Shown: piece by piece, positions 37,344 to 47,629 of the stretch
Numbering within the stretch: position 1 is the stretch's first letter
Layout: each line of letters begins with the position of its first letter
From: Clostridium sp. CAG:245
Lineage (GTDB): Bacteria > Bacillota > Clostridia > TANB77 > CAG-508
DNA: 64,000 nucleotides
Assembly (NCBI GenBank): GCA_000435175.1
Contig: FR880082.1
Location: 31,476-95,475, forward strand
Direction of reading: 5' to 3'
Made by a program: the position numbers and the translations under genes
Notes under the pieces: model-generated
Told to the model about the DNA's origin: nothing
The model's database searches: none
The model's input: only the letters and a program-made list of their open reading frames with translations

Positions 37344-37916
37344 TTATGCTCCTTCATAAATAATCTGGTACATTCTATAATTATTAATAATCTTCCTAAC
37401 ATACATATTTGTTTCTTTATATGGAATGTTCTCTATGTCACTCCCATCGGCTTTTATTATTCCATCTCTAATCCATTGATTTACGTTTCCCATTCCAGCA
37501 TTATATGCCGTGATTGCAAGTAACATATTTCCGTCAAAATTTTTTAATAATTCCGAATAGTATTTTGTGCCAATCATTATATTTTTTTCTGGCTCTAATA
37601 AGCTTTCTTCTTCAACCAACGGTTCATCTATTTTATCAGCAATTTCGTTTGCCGTGGCCTCCATTAACTGCATTAAGCCCTTTGCTCCACTCGATGATTT
37701 AGCCTTTTCTTTAAAATTGCTTTCGGCTTTTATCATGGAAAAAATTAGTAATGGATCCACGTTAAATTCTTGTGCATATTTTTCTACATATTCTGAGTAC
37801 TTTTTAGGATATATTTTTTGTAATATAATTTGCTTTATGTTAAATACTTTTATAATAGTTATAAGTAGTATAATACCAATTAGAACACCCACTATAACCT
37901 TATATTGTTTTTTCAA
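37344..37916 (-). CDS. lytic transglycosylase (SLT domain), membrane-anchored
   Basis: AESNF, GLMQL and AYNAG motifs. Confidence 0.85.
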   Translation of the reverse strand: MKKQYKVIVGVLIGIILLITIIKVFNIKQIILQKIYPKKYSEYVEKYAQEFNVDPLLIFSMIKAESNFKEKAKSSSGAKGLMQLMEATANEIADKIDEPLVEEESLLEPEKNIMIGTKYYSELLKNFDGNMLLAITAYNAGMGNVNQWIRDGIIKADGSDIENIPYKETNMYVRKIINNYRMYQIIYEGA

Positions 37917-37937
37917 ATTACATCTACTCTCCTTTGT

Positions 37938-40667
37938 TTATTTTACTTCATACCAGTCCTCACCCTCAGAGATTTCTACTTCAAGTGGAACTGATAATTT
38001 CATTGCATTTTCCATGCATTGTTTTAGAATTTCTTTTGCCTGTTGTTTATCTTCTTTGCTAACTTCTAATAACAATTCGTCATGTATTTGCAGTACAATT
38101 TTACCATTAATATGCTTTTCTTTCAATGCTTTATTTACATTTATCATAGCAATTTTCATAATATCTGCTGCTGTTCCCTGTATTGGAGTATTCATAGCAA
38201 CACGACTTCCAAATTGTCTTACCATATAATTTGAAGATTTTATTTCTGGAATGTATCTTCTTCTTCCAAAAAGAGTTTCTACATATCCCTTTGCCTTTGC
38301 ACTTTCTACTATATCATCCATGAAGTGTTTTATTCCTTGATATTTTTCAAGGTACTGATTAATGTATTCTTTAGCTTGTTTGTTGCTCACTCCTAACTGA
38401 TTTGCAAGTCCAAAGTCACTTATTCCATACACTATTCCAAAGTTTACGGCCTTTGCAGATGACCTTTGCTCCTTTGTAACTTCTTCAATTGGAATTCCTA
38501 AAACCTTTGATGCAGCCTGTTTGTGAATATCTTCTCCGTGATTAAATGCGTGTATCATATTTTCATCTTGTGAAATATGTGCAAGCACTCTTAATTCTAC
38601 TTGAGAATAATCTGCATCTATATAAATATTGCCTTCTGCAGGTTTAAAGGCTTTTCTTATTTGCTTTCCTAATTCTGCTCTAGTAGGAATGTTTTGTAAA
38701 TTTGGCTCTGTACTGCTTATTCTTCCTGTTGCAGTAATTATTTGATGGAAACTCGAGTGTATTCTCTTAGTTTTAGGGTTTATATAAGGAATTAACCCCT
38801 CAACATAAGTAGAATTTAATTTAGCAAGTGTTCTATATTCCAATATTTTTTCTATAATAGGATGTTGACCTTTTAACTTTTCTAACACTTCAACATCAGT
38901 TGTGTAGCCATTTTTAGTCTTTTTATAAACTGGTAATTGTAATTTTTCAAATAATATTTTTCCTAGTTGTTGATGAGAATTTACATTAAATTCTTCTCCT
39001 GCTAAATCACATATTTCATGTGATAAGGTTTCTACTTGGGCTTTTAATGTATCTCCAAAATCTTTTAATTCACTTTCATCTACCATCATTCCATTAAATT
39101 GCATTTGTGCCAATACTGGTACTAACGGCATTTCGATATTATTAAATAAGCTTAATGAACCTACTTCTTCTAGCTTTTTCGTTGTAACTTCTTCTAAATT
39201 TGCTATTGCATAACAAATTAAAGCACTCTGATATTTGCTTCTTTCGTCGACTTTATCATCTTTTTGTTCCAAATTATCAAATAAATTCATCTGGTCACTC
39301 TTCTTCTCATCTGCGCCATTAAATTCATTCTCTAAATATTCATCCATGTCTAATTCTAAATACTTTTTAGACATTTCTTCAATATTGTTTTTATCTGTTG
39401 GGTTTAAATTATATCCGGCAATCTCAGCATCATATTTTATGTTATTATATTCACAGTCATGTTCTTTAAGAATGATATAGTCTGGTTTAGTTCTATAGCT
39501 TATTTTGTCTATTTTCTCGTCTGCAAAGATATTAATAATTTCAGGAGTTAACTCAAAGTCTTTTACATAAAGTACCTTCTTATCTTTATAAAAATATAAT
39601 GATTTAAAAGTTTCTTTTATAATTGCACTTTCATCTTCAATCTTTTCTTTTTCGATATAATAAATAAATTTATCATTAATCTTTGAAATCTCGTCTTTTA
39701 AAGTATTTTTGTCTAACTCTACTAATGTAAATAAATCTTCAATCTTAGCTTCTTTCTTGGGTGTACCAAGTCCATTCAAATCAAATCTTTCTATAAATCG
39801 ATTAAATTGAAGCTCTTTAAATTTATTTGTTACTGCTTCTTTATCCCACTCCTTAGTCCTTAAATCTTCTATATTAACTCCGAGTGGTGCATCTCTTAGA
39901 ATAGTTCCAAGAGTCCTAGATAGCATTGCTAAATCCTTGTTATTTTCAAGTTTAGTTTTTAATGCACCTTTGATATCATCTGCTTGTCCAGCCTCCAATT
40001 TTTCATACAAATTATCTATATTTTCATATTCTTTAATTAATTTTAGAGCAGTCTTTTCTCCTACTCCTGGAACTCCTGGAATATTATCAGATGTATCTCC
40101 CATCAAGCCTTTTACTTGAATTAGCTGAACTGGTTTAACACCATATTCTTCGATTATCTTAGAATCATCATAATCCTCTGTCTCGGTCTTGCCCATTTTA
40201 GTACGAGGAATACGAATTGTAACTTTATCACTTGCAAGTTGAAAGTTATCTCTATCTCCAGAAAGAATAGTAACATAATGTCCAGCATCAGATGCTTGCT
40301 TAGAAATAGTTCCTATAACGTCATCTGCCTCATAGCCCTCTTTTTCGATTATTGCTATATTCATTGCTTTTAAAACTTCTTTAATAACAGGCATTTGCTC
40401 AGCAAGTTCTTGTGGCATCGCATGGCGAGTACCTTTGTATTCTTTATACATCTTGTGTCTGTGAGTTGGAGCCTTCAAATCAAAGGCAACTGCAATATAA
40501 TCTGGTTTTAAATCCTCTAAATCTTTAAATAAAATTGATAAAAATCCATATACCGCATTCGTATATTTACCATCAGCAGACATCAAAGATTTAGAGCTCA
40601 TTATTCCATAAAAAGCCCTATTCATAATGCTGTTTCCATCTATTATTAATAATCTATTACTATCCAA
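37938..40667 (-). CDS. polA: DNA polymerase I
   Basis: 5' nuclease motifs (GDTSDNIPGVPGVGEKTA) and polymerase motifs DYSQVELRVLAH, RSSAKAVNFGIVYG and QIHDELLLE. Confidence 0.97.
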   Translation of the reverse strand: MDSNRLLIIDGNSIMNRAFYGIMSSKSLMSADGKYTNAVYGFLSILFKDLEDLKPDYIAVAFDLKAPTHRHKMYKEYKGTRHAMPQELAEQMPVIKEVLKAMNIAIIEKEGYEADDVIGTISKQASDAGHYVTILSGDRDNFQLASDKVTIRIPRTKMGKTETEDYDDSKIIEEYGVKPVQLIQVKGLMGDTSDNIPGVPGVGEKTALKLIKEYENIDNLYEKLEAGQADDIKGALKTKLENNKDLAMLSRTLGTILRDAPLGVNIEDLRTKEWDKEAVTNKFKELQFNRFIERFDLNGLGTPKKEAKIEDLFTLVELDKNTLKDEISKINDKFIYYIEKEKIEDESAIIKETFKSLYFYKDKKVLYVKDFELTPEIINIFADEKIDKISYRTKPDYIILKEHDCEYNNIKYDAEIAGYNLNPTDKNNIEEMSKKYLELDMDEYLENEFNGADEKKSDQMNLFDNLEQKDDKVDERSKYQSALICYAIANLEEVTTKKLEEVGSLSLFNNIEMPLVPVLAQMQFNGMMVDESELKDFGDTLKAQVETLSHEICDLAGEEFNVNSHQQLGKILFEKLQLPVYKKTKNGYTTDVEVLEKLKGQHPIIEKILEYRTLAKLNSTYVEGLIPYINPKTKRIHSSFHQIITATGRISSTEPNLQNIPTRAELGKQIRKAFKPAEGNIYIDADYSQVELRVLAHISQDENMIHAFNHGEDIHKQAASKVLGIPIEEVTKEQRSSAKAVNFGIVYGISDFGLANQLGVSNKQAKEYINQYLEKYQGIKHFMDDIVESAKAKGYVETLFGRRRYIPEIKSSNYMVRQFGSRVAMNTPIQGTAADIMKIAMINVNKALKEKHINGKIVLQIHDELLLEVSKEDKQQAKEILKQCMENAMKLSVPLEVEISEGEDWYEVK

Positions 40668-40684
40668 AAATTATACCTCCAAAA

Positions 40685-41512
40685 CTATTCGTATATTCCT
40701 ATACTTCTCATATAATTTATATATCCTTTATCTATATTGTTCCACTTATCAATTTTATCATTTAAAATCTCCATGTTTACTGGTGCTTTTGAGTATGACT
40801 CATAACTCTTTACAATGCCATTTTTAAACTTTTCTGGGCATCTTCCAATTATTCTAGAAATATCATCATATTTATCTCCAAAACCACCAAATCCGAAATC
40901 TATAATAGCCGCAACATTATTATTATCATCTAACAATACATTGCTTGGGTTCAAATCACCATGAACCAAGTTATTGCAACTATCATCTATTTTACTCTCT
41001 TTCCAGAATTTTATATCATCTTCACTCAAATGCAAATTTAAAAGTTCGTCTAGGAAATCTGGTAGTTTCAAGCCAATATTTCTTGTATTAAATACTTCGT
41101 CTTTATTAAAATCTAAGTTATGCAATTCATACATAAATTTTGCAATTTCATTTCCAACATTCTCAACTTCTTTATCACTAAGTGAATCCATCTTCTTAGC
41201 AAGTGGAGTGCCTTTTATTTTTTTATGTACACTAAATGGTTTACCATTATAATATTTTAGTTCTAGCTTACTAGTATTAAAATCTGTTTTATTATATATG
41301 TAACCTGCAAATTCACAGTCCTTTACAATAGTTCTAGACCAGAATTCATCACGTGGAAATCTAAAGAAATAGTTCCCTTCATCAGTTTCAACCTCATATA
41401 CTATGTTAGTCCAGCCAGTTGTAATCTGGTTTGCTTTTACTATTTTTTTCCCTTTTAGGGTATCTGCAATTATTTTTTCAAAATTTTCATCACTTTTAAA
41501 AAATATATCCAT
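40685..41512 (-). CDS. phosphotransferase (APH/choline kinase-like) family protein
   Basis: LVHGDLNPSNVLL and IIDFG catalytic motifs. The ATG at 41512 follows GAAAGGA. Confidence 0.75.
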   Translation of the reverse strand: MDIFFKSDENFEKIIADTLKGKKIVKANQITTGWTNIVYEVETDEGNYFFRFPRDEFWSRTIVKDCEFAGYIYNKTDFNTSKLELKYYNGKPFSVHKKIKGTPLAKKMDSLSDKEVENVGNEIAKFMYELHNLDFNKDEVFNTRNIGLKLPDFLDELLNLHLSEDDIKFWKESKIDDSCNNLVHGDLNPSNVLLDDNNNVAAIIDFGFGGFGDKYDDISRIIGRCPEKFKNGIVKSYESYSKAPVNMEILNDKIDKWNNIDKGYINYMRSIGIYE

Positions 41513-41681
41513 ATTAATCCTTTCAATACTCAATTTAAAGAAAATAAAACACTCATATTCTGCATTTAAATATGACTCATTTATTTCCATTTTATTGTTC
41601 CTTTGTCAACAATTATTAAAGTAAAACATTTGTATTCATTCTGTTAACCTAGCTTGTTAACATACTCTGTTACTAGCTCAA

Positions 41682-42242
41682 CTACTCATTATTTTGCATT
41701 TTATCCTTAATCAATTTAATAAGTTCATCTTTTGATTTTTCGTCATAATTATTATATATTATGTAATCAAACATATCTTGTAATTTCTTATCACTCATAA
41801 AATTTTTATATTGTTCTTCTGTCTCTTTAATTCTCTCGTTTTCTTTCTCTGGTGTTAAATTTCTTTTCTTTACTTGTTCTAATGCCACATTTATATCATT
41901 TGGCAATATATAAATAGTGACAATATCTGGTCTTATTCTTTTCCAGTCTTGAATAGTAGTATAATACATTTCAAACACATAATTTTCATTAGATAAAATT
42001 TCATCTTTTTTATATGCATATGTACCACCAAACACATCAAAATCGTAAGCAATTTTCCCATCATCTTTGAGTTTTTGTAACTCTTCATGAGTCATAAAAA
42101 GTCCAGTTTTTCCGTTTTGTTCACCTATTCTCATAGTTCTTGTTCTTATAGTATGTACCTTTTTGAAATCAAGCTTTTTTGCAATTTCTTCTGCATAAAA
42201 ACTTTTTCCCACTCCAGTAATACCAGAAAGTGCTAATAACAT
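41682..42242 (-). CDS. guanylate-kinase-like P-loop kinase
   Basis: SGITGVGKS P-loop and TIRTRTMRIGEQNGKTGLFMTHEEL, which resembles the TTRxxRxGExxG GK signature. Confidence 0.55.
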   Translation of the reverse strand: MLLALSGITGVGKSFYAEEIAKKLDFKKVHTIRTRTMRIGEQNGKTGLFMTHEELQKLKDDGKIAYDFDVFGGTYAYKKDEILSNENYVFEMYYTTIQDWKRIRPDIVTIYILPNDINVALEQVKKRNLTPEKENERIKETEEQYKNFMSDKKLQDMFDYIIYNNYDEKSKDELIKLIKDKMQNNE

Positions 42243-42590
42243 TATGTTCTCCTTTTGTTCTTATATTTTGTTGTTATTTTTCATTGCAAACTATATCATA
42301 TTTTAGGAGATTTATCAATGAAAAATATATAAAATAATTGTAAGTGCTAAATAAAACAGCGTAAAATAACCCCAGATTTTTAAGTTTTGCTTAAATTTCT
42401 GGGGGTATTATTTTATTCCAAATTTTTATCATATCCTTCTTGAAGTTCTATCTTTATTTTGCTACTTACAAAAACGGTCGGTTTTAATATATTTGACATT
42501 ACTGGTTGTTTTTCTTTATCTAATTTGTTTAAATTGATTTACTTTCCTTTTTTAAAGGCTCAAGTTGTCTACTAAAAATATTTTTTGATT

Positions 42591-43491
42591 CTAGAAAGTA
42601 GTAGCTAGACGAACATGGTAAGTATTCTTCTTATCCAAAAAATCTATTGTCCACTCACTAAATTCTATTTGCCATGCTCCAAAACTACCTGTCCAATCAG
42701 GTTCTCTTGTTGAAGACCAATAATTTGCTGCTAATTTATAAGTGGTATAGTTTGATTTTGTAATTCCTAGTTTTGTTGCAAACGCTGCCCATTCATTTTT
42801 TGGAGGTACAATCCATACCCCATTAACCTTATTTTGTGCATCCCAATATCCATAAGTATTATTATCTACATCTTCTAATGCCATTACATAAAATCTATTA
42901 TTTCCATTTTCACTTTTCGCTCTTAAAACATCCTTAGTTCCAAATGGTCCTTTATACCCTATTTCACTAATATAATATTCCTTCAAATCCGTCACTTCAT
43001 TAATAGAATAATCACCCTTATAACACCAGCTTCCACTATCAGCCTTAGAGAAATCTTCAAATATTATTCCATCTGGGGTTCCATCTCCATCTGTATCTGC
43101 ATAATAACCTACACCTGAATCTGCTGTAAATGTCGGATTTTTTACAGTTACTGTATATGTTGCTGTTTTTTCATTATAGTTTGTACTTGCTGCACTCTTT
43201 ACAGTTATTGTTGCACTTCCTGCACCAACTGATTTTACTGTTACCGTACTTCCACTTATGCTTACTGTTGCCACACTTGTATTGCTTGAAGATACACTTA
43301 AAGTTCCTGTATTTCCGCTAACTGTAAATGTTGTACTATTAGGATAATTAATTGTTCCACTGGTTGCTGATAATGTTAATCTTCCTGCTGCTTTGTTTAC
43401 TTTTACTGTTTGTGTTGTACTTTGTGTTTTATAACCTGCTTTACTTGCTCTTACTGTTACTGTAAATGATGATGTATTTGTTATTGTTGGC
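42591..43491 (-). pseudogene. promoterless 5'-truncated cassette: Ig-like repeat plus DUF1566/Lcl-C-like C-terminal domain
   Basis: The frame of ORF 42591..43274 stays open upstream to the 93-nt repeat copy at 43399-43491 (PTITNTSSFTVTVRASKAGYKTQ...). No start codon or RBS at its 5' end. C-terminal region contains NYWSSTREPD...AWQIEF...HVRLATTF. Confidence 0.55.
43399..43491 (-). repeat. 93-nt direct repeat, copy B
   Basis: 87/93 identical to 44043-44135. The 42 nt nearest the junction are identical. Confidence 0.8.
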
Positions 43492-45415
43492 TACATGTTT
43501 TGCATCATCATCTGCATCTGAATACCCTCCGCTTTTGTATGCTTTTGTATAATTTTCTAAATCCGCTGTTATTTTTGTGTATGCTGCACTATCAAAATTA
43601 GTTATATTAGTTCCTGCTGTTGGATATACCGTAGATGTTTTTGGTACTTCTATCCATACATACTGACTTCCATCTTTATCTTCTATTACTAATCCGTTAC
43701 TTAAGTCTGTGCCATCCACCTTTTTAAAGTCATTGCCTGGCAAATATGGGTTAGAGCCAGTTGATGAACTCATATATTGATTTACAGTAACACTAACTGT
43801 CTTTTTACTTGTTATTCCATTACTTGTACCTGTTACTGTAAACGTGTAAGTTCCATTCTTAGTAACTTTATATGGCAAACTAGGTGATACACTTGTGCTT
43901 CCTGATGCTATTGAATGGCTAAATGTTATATATAAATCTTTGCCTGTCAAAGCTCCATTAGCTGCTATTGCTGTTCCACTTCCATTACTGTTTTCTACTA
44001 CTTTTATAGTTCCTATTACTATCTGCCCTCCAACTTTTACAGTCTGCGTTGTACTTTGTGTCTTATATCCTGCTTTACTTGCCCTTACTGTTACTGTAAA
44101 TGATGATGTATTTGTTATTGTTGGCATTGTTGTACTATATGTTGTTCCATTTGTTGAATATTCTATCTTTGCATCACTTGGTGTTACTGTTACTTTTGTT
44201 ATCGCATTGTGTGCCTTTCCATCATATGTTCCTGTGTATGGTGTTGCACTTAAACTTATTGTTCCATTATTTACTGTTGCTATGTATGTTGCAGATTTTG
44301 CATTATAATTTGTTGCAGCCGCACTTGTTACTGTTATTGTTGCTTTTCCTGCTGTTGTTCCTGGTTTTACCGTTACTGTATTTCCACTTATACTTGCAGT
44401 TGCTATATTTGTGTTATTTGAAGATACACTCAATGTTCCTGTATTTCCGCTTATTGTAAAGCTTGTGCTTGTTGGATATGTTAATGTTCCACTTGTTGAA
44501 GATAATATTAAACTTCCATTTGCTTTATTTACTTTTACTGTTTCTGTTGTAGATACTGTTTTGTATCCTTCTTTACTTGCCACCACTGTTACACTAAACT
44601 CCGATGTATCTTTTATCTTTGGCATCTCTTCACTATATTTTCCACCATTTATAGAATATTCTAATTTAGCATCACTTGGCTCAACACTTATATTAGATAA
44701 CGCATCATGTTCTTGTCCATCATATGTTCCAACATATGGTGTTACTTCTAATTTAATTGTTCCATTTTGGACCGTTGCTATGTGAATTACTTTATTCTCT
44801 GCATAATCTCCATTTGCTGCACTTTTTACAACTATATTAGCCTTTCCGGCTGTTATACCGTGGTTTTACTGTTACAGTATTTCCATCTAAACTTGCCGTG
44901 GCAATGTTTGGTGCATCTGAGTTTACCGTTAGCTCTCCTCCAGAAGCATTATTTGTTATTTCAAAACTGCCACTGTTTGGATACGTATATGTTCCATCAT
45001 ATGAAGATAATGTTAAATCTCCTGAAACTGCCACTCCTTCATACGTTATTTCTACGTCTCCATTTTCCTTATCTTTTAACAAAAATTTGTATTGGTCATT
45101 AATTATAATGTATGCATTCTTGTTATCTATCTTTTCTGTTGAACTCAAATCATAATTTTTCTTTCCTGTACTTATTTGCTCCAAATAATTTTCTAAATTT
45201 ACAGTTTTGCTTTCAACTTGAATATCTGCTTTTTCAAGTTCCAATGCCTCTTTTATTCCAGCTATTGTTTGAATTTTCTGTGTGCTTTTCGCTTTGTCAA
45301 ATAAATTATTATTTCCAATTACTAAGCTTACACTTACCCCTGCTAATATTAATAAAACTACTATTGTTACCACTAGCGAAATTATTGTAATTCCTCTTAC
45401 TTCTTTTGTTTTCAT
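43441..45415 (-). pseudogene. pilin-like (class III signal-type N-terminus) surface protein with tandem Ig-like repeats; +1 nt frameshift near 44860
   Basis: N-terminus MKTKEVRGITIISLVVTIVVLLILAG. The ORF 44837..45415 frame ends in TVKPRYNSRKG*, whereas sister repeats read TVKPGTTAGKA. The frame of ORF 43441..44625 is open up to 44865. CCGTGG here replaces CCTGG in the sister repeat. Confidence 0.65.
44043..44135 (-). repeat. 93-nt direct repeat, copy A
   Basis: See copy B. Both encode PTITNTSSFTVTVRASKAGYKTQSTTQTVKV. Confidence 0.8.
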
Positions 45416-45687
45416 GTATTATATCCTCCCGCTTTTATTGTTAAGTAATATACTTAATGAATTTTTAACGTTCAATATGTTTTTTATTTAAATCAATTTT
45501 AAATTTTCAATTGTATATTTTTTATTTTATTGCTAATTTTTTTCAACTTCATTTTTTCATTGCACTAAATTAAACTTATTCTATTAATTTTTCTTTTATC
45601 TCAATTTTCAACATACTAATAAAAAAGAAGCATTAGTTGCATGTAGCTACTTTTCTGTACTCGCACTATAAACTTCTTTTTTATTTT

Positions 45688-46188
45688 TTATTTTTTCTCT
45701 AATCTAAAGTTATAAGCATTTGCATATTGGTCATTTATTCCAGCTTGTATTCCAACTGTTTCACCAATTTGTGTTTCTGGTATAGCCACTGGTATTCTTC
45801 CTTGTTCTTTTCCTTCTTTGTCTAGTAATACTATTTCTGCCATAAAGTTACCTTGTGCAGTACCTGTCATATTTGTTACATCTGCTTCTAAACTTGTATG
45901 TCCATCTTTTTCAGAAAAATTTATATTTGATATTTCAAATCCAGATTCTACCTTATCTTCTTTTAATTTATTACTTGTATTTACTACTGTTCCATCACTT
46001 TCTGTTTTTGTAAACTCTCCACGGCTTGCATCAACCTGTGATTGGTTAGTATCACTTATTGTTTGATTTGCTGTGTTTGTGTTTTTATTTTCATTCTTTG
46101 ATCCATGTGTTATGCCATATATCACTGCAATTATTACTATAGATACTAGTATTAGAATTAAAATTCCCTTCTTTTCACTACTTTTCAT
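45688..46188 (-). CDS. membrane-anchored hypothetical protein
   Basis: 166 aa: N-terminal TM helix, an N/T/Q-rich linker, then a beta-rich domain. Confidence 0.5.
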   Translation of the reverse strand: MKSSEKKGILILILVSIVIIAVIYGITHGSKNENKNTNTANQTISDTNQSQVDASRGEFTKTESDGTVVNTSNKLKEDKVESGFEISNINFSEKDGHTSLEADVTNMTGTAQGNFMAEIVLLDKEGKEQGRIPVAIPETQIGETVGIQAGINDQYANAYNFRLEKK

Positions 46189-46323
46189 TTTGTTTTCCTC
46201 CTTAATTTTACATACGTTTAATTTTCATTAAAATGATAACACAAAAAATCAGTATTTACAATACACTTTTTAATTTGAAATAAAATTGTAATAATCTGTT
46301 TTTTCACAACAATTCAGTCATAA

Positions 46324-46351
46324 AAAGAACGCCCATCTAGAGCGTTCTTGT
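46324..46351 (-). terminator. rho-independent terminator
   Basis: AAGAACGC...GCGTTCTT stem followed by TTTTAT on the minus strand. Confidence 0.6.
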
Positions 46352-46359
46352 CTTATGCA

Positions 46360-46776
46360 TTAGTCTTTTTTATCTAGCTTTTTGTTTATTTCTGTTGTGT
46401 TTCTGCATATAATAAGTCTAACTAATATAAGCTCATATGCTATTCTTACAATAAGGTTGCCTACAACTAAATATAATAAGAAAGCTATAAAACTTGTAGA
46501 TATTGTAGCAAATGAAGATAATGTAACAAATATAGCACATATTAAGTATAATATTTTTAATACATTCTCAATTGTTAATTTTTTAAATGTTAAAAAATCA
46601 TACATCCAACCTAAAAAGCCAGTATATTTTCCTTCATTATCTTTTTTTAAGAATGTAAAGTACAATACTATGCCTCCTACAATAGCTAATACTAAAGATA
46701 CAATTATCCATATAGCACTAGATGCTACAGAATTCATCGTTGATGCGCTTCTTGCATATGATGATGATGCGTACAT
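46360..46776 (-). CDS. small multi-TM membrane protein (DUF4282-like)
   Basis: The ATG at 46776 follows AAGGGGGAG. Three hydrophobic helices. Confidence 0.55.
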   Translation of the reverse strand: MYASSSYARSASTMNSVASSAIWIIVSLVLAIVGGIVLYFTFLKKDNEGKYTGFLGWMYDFLTFKKLTIENVLKILYLICAIFVTLSSFATISTSFIAFLLYLVVGNLIVRIAYELILVRLIICRNTTEINKKLDKKD

Positions 46777-46885
46777 ATGAACTCCCCCTTTCAAATTTTT
46801 TTCAAATATAGAATACTATAAAATAGTTCAATTTTCAAGAAATATTCATGATTTTTTTAAAGAAATTTTCATAATTTTTTTTAAA

Positions 46886-46942
46886 TTGACAACTTGGCTT
46901 TATTTGTAGTATAATTAACTTGTAAGCGTGTAATTATTACAC
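46886..46942 (+). promoter_or_regulatory. promoter (TTGACA, 18 nt spacer, TATAAT) plus a 15-nt palindrome GTGTAATTATTACAC
   Basis: -35 at 46886-46891, -10 at 46910-46915, palindrome at 46928-46942, just before the RBS GGAGG. Confidence 0.55.
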
Positions 46943-46972
46943 ATCACTTTGTTAAGCATTATGGAGGCATAT

Positions 46973-47455
46973 ATGAACATCATGCTTGTTATTGTCGCTT
47001 TGCTATTTAACCTGTTGGCCGGCAACGGAACGGCCAACATCTCCAACACCACTTCAGTTGACAGTTCAGCTTGGGCAAATCCCAACTATCTTGTTCAGCT
47101 CATGTACATGTACGGCGGCAACGTCGACATGAACAGATCCTATGAACAAGAGTATGACAAGACCTATGTCTTTGAAGACGGCTTCAAAGATTATGGTTGG
47201 GGCAAAGGCTCGTCCGTTCGTGTTCATGGTAACATGAACACGGGTATCTACTTTGATTTTGATATCAAAGTGGATCAACACCAGCAAGAAGTCACTGTCG
47301 ACACTCCGGTGGAAGGTTTGAAAGTTGTGACCAGCCAGTACTCTAACGGAGAAGCTGGATACAGCTTTAGTGTCGGCCCCATCAACCTCTATAATGCAAT
47401 GCAGCTTTTCAACTCTGCATCGTCTTATATGGTGCAGAGCAATACAGCAAGTTAA
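46973..47455 (+). CDS. GC-rich orphan gene: small protein with an N-terminal hydrophobic signal/anchor
   Basis: The ATG at 46973 lies 6 nt after GGAGG. MNIMLVIVALLFNLLAG hydrophobic N-terminus. Local GC is about 45-58% with GC-ending codons (GGC, AAC, GTC, GAC, CTG), unlike any neighbour. Confidence 0.6.
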   Translation: MNIMLVIVALLFNLLAGNGTANISNTTSVDSSAWANPNYLVQLMYMYGGNVDMNRSYEQEYDKTYVFEDGFKDYGWGKGSSVRVHGNMNTGIYFDFDIKVDQHQQEVTVDTPVEGLKVVTSQYSNGEAGYSFSVGPINLYNAMQLFNSASSYMVQSNTAS

Positions 47456-47487
47456 AGAAATTTGCTTGCCGCAAAGCTGTAATTACA

Positions 47488-47521
47488 AAATCTCTCAGAG
47501 TCAATTGGCTCTGAGAGATTT
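47488..47521 (+). terminator. terminator of the orphan gene (also serves the convergent queH)
   Basis: AAATCTCTCAGAG / CTCTGAGAGATTT, a 13-bp stem. Confidence 0.6.
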
Positions 47522-47629
47522 ATATATATTCACATTATCTTTTAGTCATAAAAAAACTCTACATTTTTCATGCCAATTATGTATGCATTCTTATGCAAAA
47601 TTTCCAACAGCTTATGCATATTGCCTCCC

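Noticed and set aside
42243-42590. 348-nt gap downstream of the pilin-like cassette, with a CCCCAGA...TCTGGGG hairpin and a 28-codon ORF
   Set aside because: The hairpin is adequately explained as a bidirectional terminator. The ORF lacks an RBS.
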